This document shows, in pieces, positions 42,808 to 51,607 of a DNA stretch of 64,000 bases; the stretch's first letter is position 1, and every line of letters starts with the position of its first letter. Made by a program: the position numbers and the translations under genes. Source of the DNA: Candidatus Micrarchaeota archaeon (lineage in GTDB: Archaea; Micrarchaeota; Micrarchaeia; Micrarchaeales; Micrarchaeaceae). The stretch is taken from positions 25,506 through 89,505 of the forward strand of contig JAJZYW010000001.1 of the NCBI GenBank assembly GCA_021797895.1, written 5' to 3'. Under the pieces are notes generated by a model. It was not told where the DNA came from and did not search any database. It saw only the letters and a program-made list of their open reading frames with translations.

Positions 42808-43902
42808 TCATCTGTCTATCTCAGCGAAAACGACGTCGAGACTGCCTATTATTGAGAATAGGTCGGCGAACTTTACACCTTTTGCGAGTTTTGGCAACAG
42901 CGATAGATTAGTATATGCCGGGCTGCGCATCCCTATCCTGTACGGCTTCTGCTTGTCTGGCACCATGTATATTATGCCTTCGCCTCTGGGAAGCTCGCGC
43001 GATACTATTACAGGCTCGGGTTTTGCAGGCTGGCCGATGAGTTTTATCTTTGCCCCTGCAACGCTTCCGCCAGGCATTAAATCAAGCGCTTGCTTTATTA
43101 TTTTTATGCTTTCGAGCATTTCATCGTACCTTACCTTATAGCGGTCGTACGCGTCACCGTGGGTGCCGTGTGGCACCTTGAACTTCAACTTGTCATATAC
43201 GTAGTAGGGATATGACTTCCTGACATCGTATTCCACGCCTGACGCTCGCAGGACCGGCCCAGATGCGCCGTATGCTATTGCATCATCTTTTGATAGAACC
43301 CCGACTCCCTTGGTTCTTGAAATGAAGAAGTTGTTGCTGTCTAGCAGGCTCTTGTATTTCGGTATGCGTTCACTTAGATAGTCGAGAAGCGAATATGCGC
43401 GTTCTTTGAAATCTTCCGGGAGTTCCCCGTTTAGGCCCCCTATACGCATGTTAACATAGAACATCCTGCTGCCGGATACATCCTCGAGAAACTTTATCAC
43501 CTTTGCCCTCTCCCTGAATGTCCACATAAAAATCGTGAACATCTGGCCGAGGTCGTTCGCAAAAGTGCCGAGCCATAGCAGGTGGCTTGCTATCCTCTGG
43601 AACTCAAGGAGTATAACCCTTGCGTACTGCGCATTTTCGAGCACCGCAGCGCCTGTGGCTTTCTCGACAGAACTTACGTACAGATCATCCCAACCCATAG
43701 GAGCCACGTAATCGAGTTTTTCTGTGTAGGAGGGGTTCTGCATGTACATCCTTGTCTCCATGAGCTTCTCCACGCCCCTATGAAGGAACCCTATATGCGG
43801 CTCAACGCTGTCGATCGTGTCGCCGTTGACGTACACCACGACGCGCAGCACTCCGTGCGTGCTTGGATGTATAGGACCTATATTTATACGCATGTTTGGC
43901 AT
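42808..43902 (-). CDS. nuoD: NADH-quinone oxidoreductase subunit D
   Basis: MRINIGPIHPSTHGVLRVVV N-terminal signature and a 49-kDa subunit-like sequence throughout. ATG 43902 is preferred because it avoids overlap with nuoC. Confidence 0.9.
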   Translation of the reverse strand: MPNMRINIGPIHPSTHGVLRVVVYVNGDTIDSVEPHIGFLHRGVEKLMETRMYMQNPSYTEKLDYVAPMGWDDLYVSSVEKATGAAVLENAQYARVILLEFQRIASHLLWLGTFANDLGQMFTIFMWTFRERAKVIKFLEDVSGSRMFYVNMRIGGLNGELPEDFKERAYSLLDYLSERIPKYKSLLDSNNFFISRTKGVGVLSKDDAIAYGASGPVLRASGVEYDVRKSYPYYVYDKLKFKVPHGTHGDAYDRYKVRYDEMLESIKIIKQALDLMPGGSVAGAKIKLIGQPAKPEPVIVSRELPRGEGIIYMVPDKQKPYRIGMRSPAYTNLSLLPKLAKGVKFADLFSIIGSLDVVFAEIDR

Positions 43903-43906
43903 GGTT

Positions 43907-44293
43907 TCACCGTTTGTGGTATTCCTTGCCCCATTCAAAGCTCTTCAAAAGCGGAAATCCGTCACCATTCCATTCCTCCAGAAGAAGGCGACGGGTTTTT
44001 CTGCCCTCTATCTTTATGCCGAACATTTCTGATATCTCACGCTCGTACCAGTCAGCCGCTGGGAAAAGATTCATTATAGATGGAACCGATGGTCTTTCGC
44101 TATCTGATTTTTTGATGGAAACCTTAACCGCTTCCTCCGCATATGGTCCAATGTTTGCGAGCAGGTATACTACTTCCATATGGTCGGGAGTATCCACTGC
44201 AGTTATGTACTTCAAGTAGTGATAACCCTTAGATTTCAGTTCTTCTAATGTTTTCAGTAAGGCTTCTTTCTGTATCTCCTGCAACTTTACCAC
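43907..44293 (-). CDS. nuoC: NADH-quinone oxidoreductase subunit C (short form)
   Basis: ...YLKYITAVDTPDHMEVVYLL...PSVPSIMNLFPAADWYEREISEMFGIKIEG... is the 30-kDa subunit pattern. The start is uncertain (GTG 44293 overlaps nuoB by 65 nt). Confidence 0.8.
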   Translation of the reverse strand: MVKLQEIQKEALLKTLEELKSKGYHYLKYITAVDTPDHMEVVYLLANIGPYAEEAVKVSIKKSDSERPSVPSIMNLFPAADWYEREISEMFGIKIEGRKTRRLLLEEWNGDGFPLLKSFEWGKEYHKR

Positions 44294-44852
44294 CTACTTT
44301 GTCCTGTAGCTTCATCAATGCCCCGAAAAGGTTTTCAGGCTTTGGGGGGCAGCCTATTGCATACACGTCAACTGGAAGCACTTGGTCTATACCTTTCATT
44401 ATGTTGTAACTTTCATACCACGGCCCTCCCGAAGTGGCACATTCGCCGAATGCGACTACATATTTGGGGCTTGCCATCTGTTCGTAGAGCCTTTTTACGC
44501 GCGGAACCATTGACTTTGTGACCCAACCTGCAACTATCATGACATCGCACTGGCGCGGAGTTCCGCGAAAAAGAAGATAGCCTTTCCTCTCTGCGTCTAT
44601 TCGTGATGACCCAAAATCCATGAGCTCCATAGCACAGCATGCAAGCCCGAATTGCAGCGGCCACATTGAATTCGCCCTGCTCCATCGCACCAGATCCTTT
44701 GAGAATGCTTGTATGGCCTTTTCCAGCTTTGTAAACATTACGCTAGGAGTTTGCTTGTATCTTTTAAGGGAATTCTGCGTAAGCTCTGTCATTTCCTTCT
44801 CGGCATTGAATAGCTCCTCATCGGTGTATGGACGTTCAGACATTCTTACCAC
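44229..44852 (-). CDS. nuoB: NADH-quinone oxidoreductase subunit B
   Basis: GLACCAMEL, RQCDVMIVAGWVT, ECATSGGPW and GCPPKPE form the N2 Fe-S cluster-binding 20-kDa subunit pattern. Confidence 0.9.
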   Translation of the reverse strand: MVRMSERPYTDEELFNAEKEMTELTQNSLKRYKQTPSVMFTKLEKAIQAFSKDLVRWSRANSMWPLQFGLACCAMELMDFGSSRIDAERKGYLLFRGTPRQCDVMIVAGWVTKSMVPRVKRLYEQMASPKYVVAFGECATSGGPWYESYNIMKGIDQVLPVDVYAIGCPPKPENLFGALMKLQDKVGGKVAGDTERSLTENIRRTEI

Positions 44853-45192
44853 TTATCATCTTATATCCTATAAGAGCAAGAATAGCGCTCAGCACAAGAA
44901 TCCCCATCGAGCCGAGAGCTGAACTCTGGGAGCCTATTCTTGCAGTCGGAGCCCAGAAGATCATGTAGACAGCGATTATTTCAAAAGGCAGGAACAATGC
45001 GAAATAGGGCAGGTACTCGTTGTCAAGGTCCCTGCTGCTGCCTATGCTTTTCTCCCCGCTTTCGTATGGGGAGTTCTTTATCGGATTGCCGGGTGTTTTG
45101 CTGCGCAGAAGTTTTGATGTCAGAAGAAACATGATAGGCACAAATAGGCCGAATAGTATAAACAGCACTGCTGCGATATAATCGTATAGCAT
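44836..45192 (-). CDS. nuoA: NADH-quinone oxidoreductase subunit A
   Basis: 118 aa with three hydrophobic helices, a PYESGE motif and FLPFEIIAVYM. Confidence 0.8.
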   Translation of the reverse strand: MLYDYIAAVLFILFGLFVPIMFLLTSKLLRSKTPGNPIKNSPYESGEKSIGSSRDLDNEYLPYFALFLPFEIIAVYMIFWAPTARIGSQSSALGSMGILVLSAILALIGYKMISGKNV

Positions 45193-45241
45193 CGACTGAC
45201 CGATTATTAATAAGAATAAAAACTTATATACTATCGCTGCA

Positions 45242-45535
45242 CTACCTTGAAGGAACAGAAATTATGGCGCTTTCTGAGTCTTCAGGAGAGCACCTGACTT
45301 TTTTTTCAACAAGGCATTTCCTGCATCTGTATATAAGTTCAGTGTAGGTGCGCATATATATCCTGCGCACAGGCACCATTACGCCCATGCATTCGGACTG
45401 TCTGTCTCCGGGATTTATATCCACGTGCAGGCTGTACAGGCATACCGGACAGTGGTCAGTGTACCCGTTGCCTTTGACTTTAGTTCCGCAGTTTAAACAT
45501 GTGAAGTCTTCGTACTTCCTTGTAAAGTTCCGCAT
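45242..45535 (-). CDS. RNHCP-domain zinc-ribbon protein
   Basis: FTCLNCG...GYTDHCPVCLYSLHVDINPGDRQSECMGVMVP matches the RNHCP domain signature as I remember it. Confidence 0.65.
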   Translation of the reverse strand: MRNFTRKYEDFTCLNCGTKVKGNGYTDHCPVCLYSLHVDINPGDRQSECMGVMVPVRRIYMRTYTELIYRCRKCLVEKKVRCSPEDSESAIISVPSR

Positions 45536-45571
45536 TATACATTTTTTTAATCTTTTGATATAAATTACTTT

Positions 45572-46363
45572 ATGATTCTTTTTGCATGCTCTCGGAAGGA
45601 CCAGGTATCACTTTGGGCAGGAGAGGCCTTGAAAAGGATAGGCAACTTTGCCTTAAAAGGAAGCTTTGAAGGAGCACAGACATACATGTCTGGGGAGAGC
45701 GTGCTTGCGGAAAGCGAAGTCAGCAACCTGAACTCTGAATTCCTCGATGATATGAAAGACCCGGAGTGCATAATTTTCTTGAGTGCGCACTCGAGCGCAA
45801 AGGGGGTGGAATCATTCACAGTGCATTCTGAGGGGAATTGGGGCAGAGAAGCAGCGTTGGGGGGCAAAGGCAGGTCATTGAGCGTGGCAGCCCCGTTATA
45901 TATGCTGAAACTTGCCAGGATTATGGGAAATTCAGAAAGAGGAGGGTCAAACTTTGTCTACGAGGCAACGCACCACGGACCATTGCTGAACACGCCATCG
46001 CTGTTCATGGAATTTGGTGGGGGGGAGGGCGCGAAGATGAATAAGCCCAAGGCAGAAATGCTGGCTGAATACGCTTATAGGATTCTTGATGCTGATGACT
46101 ACCACGAAAAGGTTGTCGTAGGAATAGGAGGGCAGCACTATTCGGAGAAATTCACACGGCTGGCACTTTCGAAAGGGTACGCCTTCGCACACATAATGCC
46201 GAAATATTATTGCTCTGAAGTAGAAATGCTGGAGCAGGCCTTTGAAAGATCATCCCCAAAGCCTTCAGCTGCGGTTATAGAATGGAAAAGCATAAAAGCG
46301 GAGACAAGAAATTCAATTATAAAAAAGCTAAATGAAATGGGTATGGAATATGAAAAAGCTTGA
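45572..46363 (+). CDS. dtdA: D-aminoacyl-tRNA deacylase, archaeal DTD2 type
   Basis: SAHSSAKGVESFTVHSEGNWG...YEATHHGP...PSLFMEFGG...GIGGQHYSEKFTRLAL...AFAHIMPKY aligns closely with Pyrococcus DTD2 as recalled. Confidence 0.85.
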   Translation: MILFACSRKDQVSLWAGEALKRIGNFALKGSFEGAQTYMSGESVLAESEVSNLNSEFLDDMKDPECIIFLSAHSSAKGVESFTVHSEGNWGREAALGGKGRSLSVAAPLYMLKLARIMGNSERGGSNFVYEATHHGPLLNTPSLFMEFGGGEGAKMNKPKAEMLAEYAYRILDADDYHEKVVVGIGGQHYSEKFTRLALSKGYAFAHIMPKYYCSEVEMLEQAFERSSPKPSAAVIEWKSIKAETRNSIIKKLNEMGMEYEKA

Positions 46364-48326
46364 AATCGCCATTCTGTTCCTACTTATTGCGGCACCGATA
46401 TCGGCATCGCAAAGCGGCCAGATTTACTGGTTTCAGACTGGAGCGAGAGCCGCCAATTCAGCAGCTTTCAACAACGGTAGCAGCATTTATATACAAACAG
46501 TTTATCCGCAAAACATAAGCTATGGCTCCATGGCGTTTTGGGTAGGCGAGGATCTGTCCAACGGCGCATTCGCCCAGGAAGGCTATGAAGTGAATAATAG
46601 AAGCGGATATTACCCTACTAACTGCACGCTTTCAGGGTGCAGCTCCCGCGAATACCTCTCCAAAGGAATCCCTACATGGTTCTGGGAGTACTTTCCGAGC
46701 GGTTACTCTGGAGATTCTTTCCTAGGATTTATAGGCCCAAATGATTCGGCAGGACAAAACGGAAGCTACAATAATTATACGTTTTATTCCAAGAGGGGAG
46801 AATGGTATTTTCTGTTTAACGGAAATGTAATTGGAAATATCAGCCTTGGTACTGGGACATCGGGTGCGAATCCTGTTACTGCGTTCGGAGAATATGCCGA
46901 CGCGATGGACAACAAATCATATATGGCCCCAGTGGCTTTCAAGAACTTAAGGGTTCTAAAAAACGGCTCCTTTTCGAATGTTGCAAAGGCGTATGCGTAT
47001 AGGGGATACGGCAAAGGCAGCGCTACGACGTTCAGCAACCCGTACAATATAAGTGAAATAATGCCTTATGCCAATTATTTTAGTGTTGGATCAGGAATAC
47101 CTGATACGCATGGCTTGCTTTGGAATACCTCTGCGATAGTGGCGATAGATTCGAAATATGCGAATCTGACCTCCAACAATACATACGCGCTATATTCTAA
47201 AGTAAGTGATGCTGCACCCAAAATTTATTACATAAATGATACTGCAAGAGCCATATTCTTAGGATGGAATGGAGTTGGTAATGGGTCGTATACAGGAAAC
47301 GACACGCGCTTCACTCTTGAAATTTACAACAATGTGAGCGAAACTGCGGAATGGGAATTGCAGTACTTGGTGAACGTTACGAGCGAATATGGAAATTCGG
47401 GCGGATCGGGATGGTATTCCAGAGGCGCTGAGGTGAACATATCGTCCAAACCTTACATTTACATAAACAACACTACTAGAGAAGCATTCATTGGATGGAA
47501 TGGAGTTGGTAATGGGTCGTATACAGGAAACGACACGCGCTTCAGTATAAGGGTTGGTGGACCAATCAGTGAGAGTGCGGAATGGGAATTGCAGTACTTG
47601 GTGAATGTTACGAGCGAATATGGAAATTCGGGCGGATCGGGATGGTATTCCAGAGGCGCTGAGGTGAACATATCCGTTCCGCAATATTACAGTGTTGGAG
47701 GTAATACCTATGAATTCCTGTCATGGGGTGGAGTGTATAATACGAGTAGCGCGAGCTTCAATGCTGTGCAGCCGGTTCATCTGCATGCTGTTTTCGAAAG
47801 GGCTTACAGAACTGGGCTTGAGGCACTTGACGGATACGGTTCAAAGATAAACGTGACGGGATTTGAAATCGATAATGAGTTTTACAACTCCAGCCCTTAT
47901 CTCACATATGGCCAGCACCTTGTGGAATACGCACTATACAAAAATTCGGAGCTGGGTATTTCCAACACAATCAACGTTACAGGAAACAGGACGTTCTACT
48001 TCGCTCTTCCGGTTTACAATGTCTCAATATACGTCAGGAGCTATTTTGGAACGCCGGCAACAGGCGTAGCGGAATTGACATTTAGCAATGGAACGCACAC
48101 CACAGTACCGTTGAATGTATCTGGTGAAGTTAAGTTGGAAAATGTTCCTTTCGGGTTTGTTGAGGGTACAATACAGCATGACGGCATGGCTTTCAATTTC
48201 AACGATTCCACAGGCAGTGACATTTATGTGAGCGTGCCTGACTCTATCCTCTATCTTGTGATTGTAATTGGCATCCTGATAGCGATTATGTCATATTTCA
48301 TAGGAATTAAGGTCTTTAGGAAATAG
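46350..48326 (+). CDS. Secreted, C-terminally anchored surface protein, sequon-rich, with duplicated 77-aa module (S-layer/surface glycoprotein candidate)
   Basis: Signal peptide MKKLEIAILFLLIAAPISAS, C-terminal TM helix (ILYLVIVIGILIAIMSYFIGI) followed by KVFRK, roughly 30 N-x-S/T sequons by eye, and a tandem FxGWNGVGNGSYTGNDTRF...AEWELQYLVNVTSEYGNSGGSGWYSRGAEVNIS module. Confidence 0.7.
   Translation: MKKLEIAILFLLIAAPISASQSGQIYWFQTGARAANSAAFNNGSSIYIQTVYPQNISYGSMAFWVGEDLSNGAFAQEGYEVNNRSGYYPTNCTLSGCSSREYLSKGIPTWFWEYFPSGYSGDSFLGFIGPNDSAGQNGSYNNYTFYSKRGEWYFLFNGNVIGNISLGTGTSGANPVTAFGEYADAMDNKSYMAPVAFKNLRVLKNGSFSNVAKAYAYRGYGKGSATTFSNPYNISEIMPYANYFSVGSGIPDTHGLLWNTSAIVAIDSKYANLTSNNTYALYSKVSDAAPKIYYINDTARAIFLGWNGVGNGSYTGNDTRFTLEIYNNVSETAEWELQYLVNVTSEYGNSGGSGWYSRGAEVNISSKPYIYINNTTREAFIGWNGVGNGSYTGNDTRFSIRVGGPISESAEWELQYLVNVTSEYGNSGGSGWYSRGAEVNISVPQYYSVGGNTYEFLSWGGVYNTSSASFNAVQPVHLHAVFERAYRTGLEALDGYGSKINVTGFEIDNEFYNSSPYLTYGQHLVEYALYKNSELGISNTINVTGNRTFYFALPVYNVSIYVRSYFGTPATGVAELTFSNGTHTTVPLNVSGEVKLENVPFGFVEGTIQHDGMAFNFNDSTGSDIYVSVPDSILYLVIVIGILIAIMSYFIGIKVFRK
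47232..47693 (+). repeat. In-frame tandem duplication, 2 x 231 bp, inside the surface protein gene
   Basis: Copy 1 is 47232-47462 and copy 2 is 47463-47693. 47262-47313 equals 47493-47544 exactly. 47346-47442 and 47577-47673 differ by a single base by eye. A ~32-nt segment between these blocks is divergent. Confidence 0.9.
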
Positions 48327-48334
48327 GCGTCGGG

Positions 48335-51067
48335 ATGGAAAAAATATATTCTAGATTTATTGAAAAACACGGCAAACTAACAGCAATACAAAAGCTGAGT
48401 TTTGAAAAGCTTGGGTCTGGGGGCAATTTTCTCCTGGTTGCGCCGACCGGGTCCGGAAAAACAGAAGCTGCAGTTGTACCGCTGTTCAAAAGGGCGTCAG
48501 AAACCAAAGGTAGCGGAGTGCGGATACTCTACATAACACCGCTGAGATCTTTAAATAGGGACATAGTGCGCAGGCTCGAGGAAATAGCCGGTTCGCTGGG
48601 GTTTAAAGCGGGCGCAAGACACGGAGATACAAGCCAGTCTGAGAGAGCCCGCCAGGCGAGGAAGGCCCCCGAGCTGCTAGTTACAACGCCCGAGACGCTG
48701 CAAAGCATATTGCCGGCAAAATCTATGAGGTCTCAAATGAAAAATTTGGTTGCAGTTGTTATAGATGAAGCCCATGAGCTGTATCATAACAAAAGGGGCG
48801 CCCAACTCTCAATAGCCTTGGAGAGGCTTGAGGAGATTTCACCAGGATACCAAAGAATAGGCTTAAGCGCAACTGTGGGAAATGCTGAGGCAATAATGTC
48901 GTTCTTTTCAGGGAATAAAAAATGCATACTAATAGAAAGCAGCACAAGAAAGAGCATAGACATAAAGATAGATGTGAGGTCGCAGTCGGAGACCAGGGGA
49001 AAGGATGCAGTTGGGTCACATGGGAGAATAGAGCTGCTTGCAGAATACATAAAGAAGCATGAGTCCGTCCTCATTTTTGGGAACACGAGACATGTGGTCG
49101 AGGCCCTTGGAAGCAAACTTAAGGAGCTTGATAAGGAGCAGAATCTCGGAGGAGTGGGCGTGCACCACAGCTCTCTGAACAAAGAGGAACGTATCAGGCT
49201 GGAGGAGGACTTTAAGAAAGGCAAAGTTAAGAGCGTCGTTGCCACGAGCTCGTTGGAGCTAGGAATAGACATAGGCAGCATTGATCTAGTAGTGCAGTAT
49301 GGATCGCCGCGACAGGCAATACGCCTTATGCAAAGGGTGGGAAGGAGCGGACATGGAGAGCTACTGACTGCTAAAGGAGTCATAATTCCAGCCAATCCGC
49401 TCGAGGCAGTAGAATCCGTATCGATAATAAACAACCTGAAAGGGTATGATTTCGAGAGTTTTAGCCCTCAAAAAAATGCACTCGATGTCATGATGCAACA
49501 AATATGCGGCATTGTTTTGGATTCCGGCGGCAGGTCCACCACGAAGGACATATCAAGAATAATCGGAAGGTCCAACATATTCGATAAAGCCTACCAAAAC
49601 GTTGGAGCATTGATTGATTTCATGGTGGGTAGAAGGCTCGTAGTAAAGGATTCAGAATACGTGAACGCAACGCCTATGACACGCATGTTCTATTATGACC
49701 ACCTGAGTTTCATATCCGACAAAAGAAAATTCAGGGTACGGAGCGTGATAGACAACAGGACAGTATCATTCCTTGACGAGCAGTTCGTCACGAGCTATCT
49801 TGACGAAGGAGTTGCGTTTATCACGAAAGGTTTGCCATGGAAGGTGCTAAGCATAGATGATGATACGATCAATGCCGAGCCGTCTTCCGACAGCAATGCA
49901 GCGGTGCCTGATTGGAGCGGGGAGGATATACCTGTTGACAGAAAAGTTGCGGGCAGGATATACCGGCTTTTTTCTGGAAAGGCAGTAGATCGCGAAATGT
50001 TTACAGGGAGAATTGAGCCTGTATCCTCTTTCATAGATGCGCAGAACAAGGCTTTTATGTTGGATGAGGATACTGCTTACATAGAGAACGTGGGGGAGTA
50101 TACAATACTTCACGTAAGGCTTGGAACGCTTGCCAATGAAGCGCTCGGCAGGATAATATCATATTTCGCAGCAGCAAAACTTGGCCACAGCATAAATTCA
50201 CGAGCCTCCCCTTATATGGTGCTTTTCGAATTGCCGCCGAGCTTCGACATAGCCAGCATAATACGGTTGCTTAAGGCAGATACGATTGAGGCAACATTGC
50301 TTAACGCCATAGAGAGAAGCGAACTTTTCCTTTACAGGTTTTCCGCAATATCGAAGTTCTTCGGAGTGCTTGATAAGGATGCCAATGTAGGAAAGAATAT
50401 GGTGAGAAGGCTGGTACGGGTGTTTAAGGACACGCCTGTTTACAACGAGACAGTGAGGGAGCTTATGAACAACTATTTTGATCTCCCCGCGCTTAGGGAT
50501 TTTGTTGAAAGAGTATCTTCTGGGGAGATAAAGTTCAGGGATATAAATGGGGATATGCTGAGCCCTCTTGCAGACAACGTAATAAATTCTGCGTATTACT
50601 CAAGCGAACTCATGCTCCCTGTTGCTCCGGACGATGAGATAGTGTCTTCTTTTGCTGAGTACGTGATGCACAAGAGCGCAGACATGATATGCACATACTG
50701 CGGTTTTGCCTTCTCAAGGATGGTGTCCGAGCTAAAAGATGCACAGCCAAAACTAAAATGCCCCAACTGCGGAAGCCCTATGCTAAGTCTCGCGCTTGAA
50801 GGCGATACAGACATAATAAAGAAACGGACATTGGGGCGCAAGCTTTCGACATCGGAGAAACGCAGGTTTGCCGACATGATGGCAGTCGCCAGCCTAATCA
50901 GCGAATTCGGGTGGAAAGCGGTCTTCACTCTGGAGACATATGGGATAGGGAAGGCAGGAGCCGCGCGGGTGCTCAGAATGCTCAAAACTACAGACAAGTC
51001 ATTTTACCTTGAGGTGCTGGAGACGCAGAGACAATTCATAAAAAACAGAAAATACTGGTCAATTTAG
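48335..51067 (+). CDS. lhr: Lhr-like superfamily 2 DEAH-box ATP-dependent helicase
   Basis: VAPTGSGKTEAAV (motif I), VVIDEAHEL (DEAH), GLSATVGN and MQRVGRSGH. The long C-terminal region carries a CxxC...CxxC zinc ribbon (CTYCG...CPNCG). 910 aa. Confidence 0.8.
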   Translation: MEKIYSRFIEKHGKLTAIQKLSFEKLGSGGNFLLVAPTGSGKTEAAVVPLFKRASETKGSGVRILYITPLRSLNRDIVRRLEEIAGSLGFKAGARHGDTSQSERARQARKAPELLVTTPETLQSILPAKSMRSQMKNLVAVVIDEAHELYHNKRGAQLSIALERLEEISPGYQRIGLSATVGNAEAIMSFFSGNKKCILIESSTRKSIDIKIDVRSQSETRGKDAVGSHGRIELLAEYIKKHESVLIFGNTRHVVEALGSKLKELDKEQNLGGVGVHHSSLNKEERIRLEEDFKKGKVKSVVATSSLELGIDIGSIDLVVQYGSPRQAIRLMQRVGRSGHGELLTAKGVIIPANPLEAVESVSIINNLKGYDFESFSPQKNALDVMMQQICGIVLDSGGRSTTKDISRIIGRSNIFDKAYQNVGALIDFMVGRRLVVKDSEYVNATPMTRMFYYDHLSFISDKRKFRVRSVIDNRTVSFLDEQFVTSYLDEGVAFITKGLPWKVLSIDDDTINAEPSSDSNAAVPDWSGEDIPVDRKVAGRIYRLFSGKAVDREMFTGRIEPVSSFIDAQNKAFMLDEDTAYIENVGEYTILHVRLGTLANEALGRIISYFAAAKLGHSINSRASPYMVLFELPPSFDIASIIRLLKADTIEATLLNAIERSELFLYRFSAISKFFGVLDKDANVGKNMVRRLVRVFKDTPVYNETVRELMNNYFDLPALRDFVERVSSGEIKFRDINGDMLSPLADNVINSAYYSSELMLPVAPDDEIVSSFAEYVMHKSADMICTYCGFAFSRMVSELKDAQPKLKCPNCGSPMLSLALEGDTDIIKKRTLGRKLSTSEKRRFADMMAVASLISEFGWKAVFTLETYGIGKAGAARVLRMLKTTDKSFYLEVLETQRQFIKNRKYWSI

Positions 51068-51579
51068 CGCTCTTTAAGTATCGAATCGTGCGGGCTTGGC
51101 ACCACCTTGTACTGCGCCTTGCTGAAATTTAAAGAGAGCTCCCGCCCTGCATAGTAAGTGTTCAGGAATATTGCCATCGCAGCTATCGAGGAATGAGGTT
51201 GGGCAGTTATGCTTATGTTGAAATCGGACAGTTTGTTCAACTCAGGCATTTCCTTGTCTGTAGAGATTATGAGGAGGATATTCTTGTATGAACGTATGGA
51301 ATACTGCTGCTTCTGTATTGGAATGCCGTATCTGGTTAGGTATACTGTCTTGTAGTTGGTCTTTGAGTGCATGTAGTTTTTCCAGTTTGAGGTGAACTGG
51401 GCCGAGAAGCTGCCGCCCCATTTGTTTGTTATAGAGCTGCAGAAGCGCTTGAGCTTGGAGTTCATTTCATGCGATGACGAAGTCAGCACGACGGATGATG
51501 CCCCGAGGGCACGCGCGGTAAGGCAGATATCAACCATGCTCTCGTATTTGGGTTTCCCTATGGCTAATACTACTATCAT
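51064..51579 (-). CDS. trm56: tRNA (cytidine56-2'-O)-methyltransferase aTrm56 (SPOUT family)
   Basis: MIVVLAIGKP...CLTARALGASSVVL...KWGGSFSAQFTSNWK...NISITAQPHSSIAAMAIFL parallels Pyrococcus aTrm56 (MIVVLRLGHR...TARAFGA...RWGG...NW...GNQPHSEVAALA) as recalled. Confidence 0.8.
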   Translation of the reverse strand: MIVVLAIGKPKYESMVDICLTARALGASSVVLTSSSHEMNSKLKRFCSSITNKWGGSFSAQFTSNWKNYMHSKTNYKTVYLTRYGIPIQKQQYSIRSYKNILLIISTDKEMPELNKLSDFNISITAQPHSSIAAMAIFLNTYYAGRELSLNFSKAQYKVVPSPHDSILKER

Positions 51580-51607
51580 CCAACCAATTCAAATTTCATG
51601 GCAAAAT

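Noticed and set aside
44229-44293. nuoB/nuoC overlap as evidence of a frameshift pseudogene.
   Set aside because: Both proteins retain their full conserved cores and normal termini. The overlap only affects the uncertain NuoC start. It is kept as a low-interest observation rather than a pseudogene call.
47232-47693. Possibility that the 231-bp direct repeats represent a CRISPR array or a mobile-element terminal repeat.
   Set aside because: There are only two copies. They are contiguous, in frame and inside a long ORF, and they encode a duplicated protein module. No spacer-repeat periodicity, cas genes or transposase were seen anywhere in the window.
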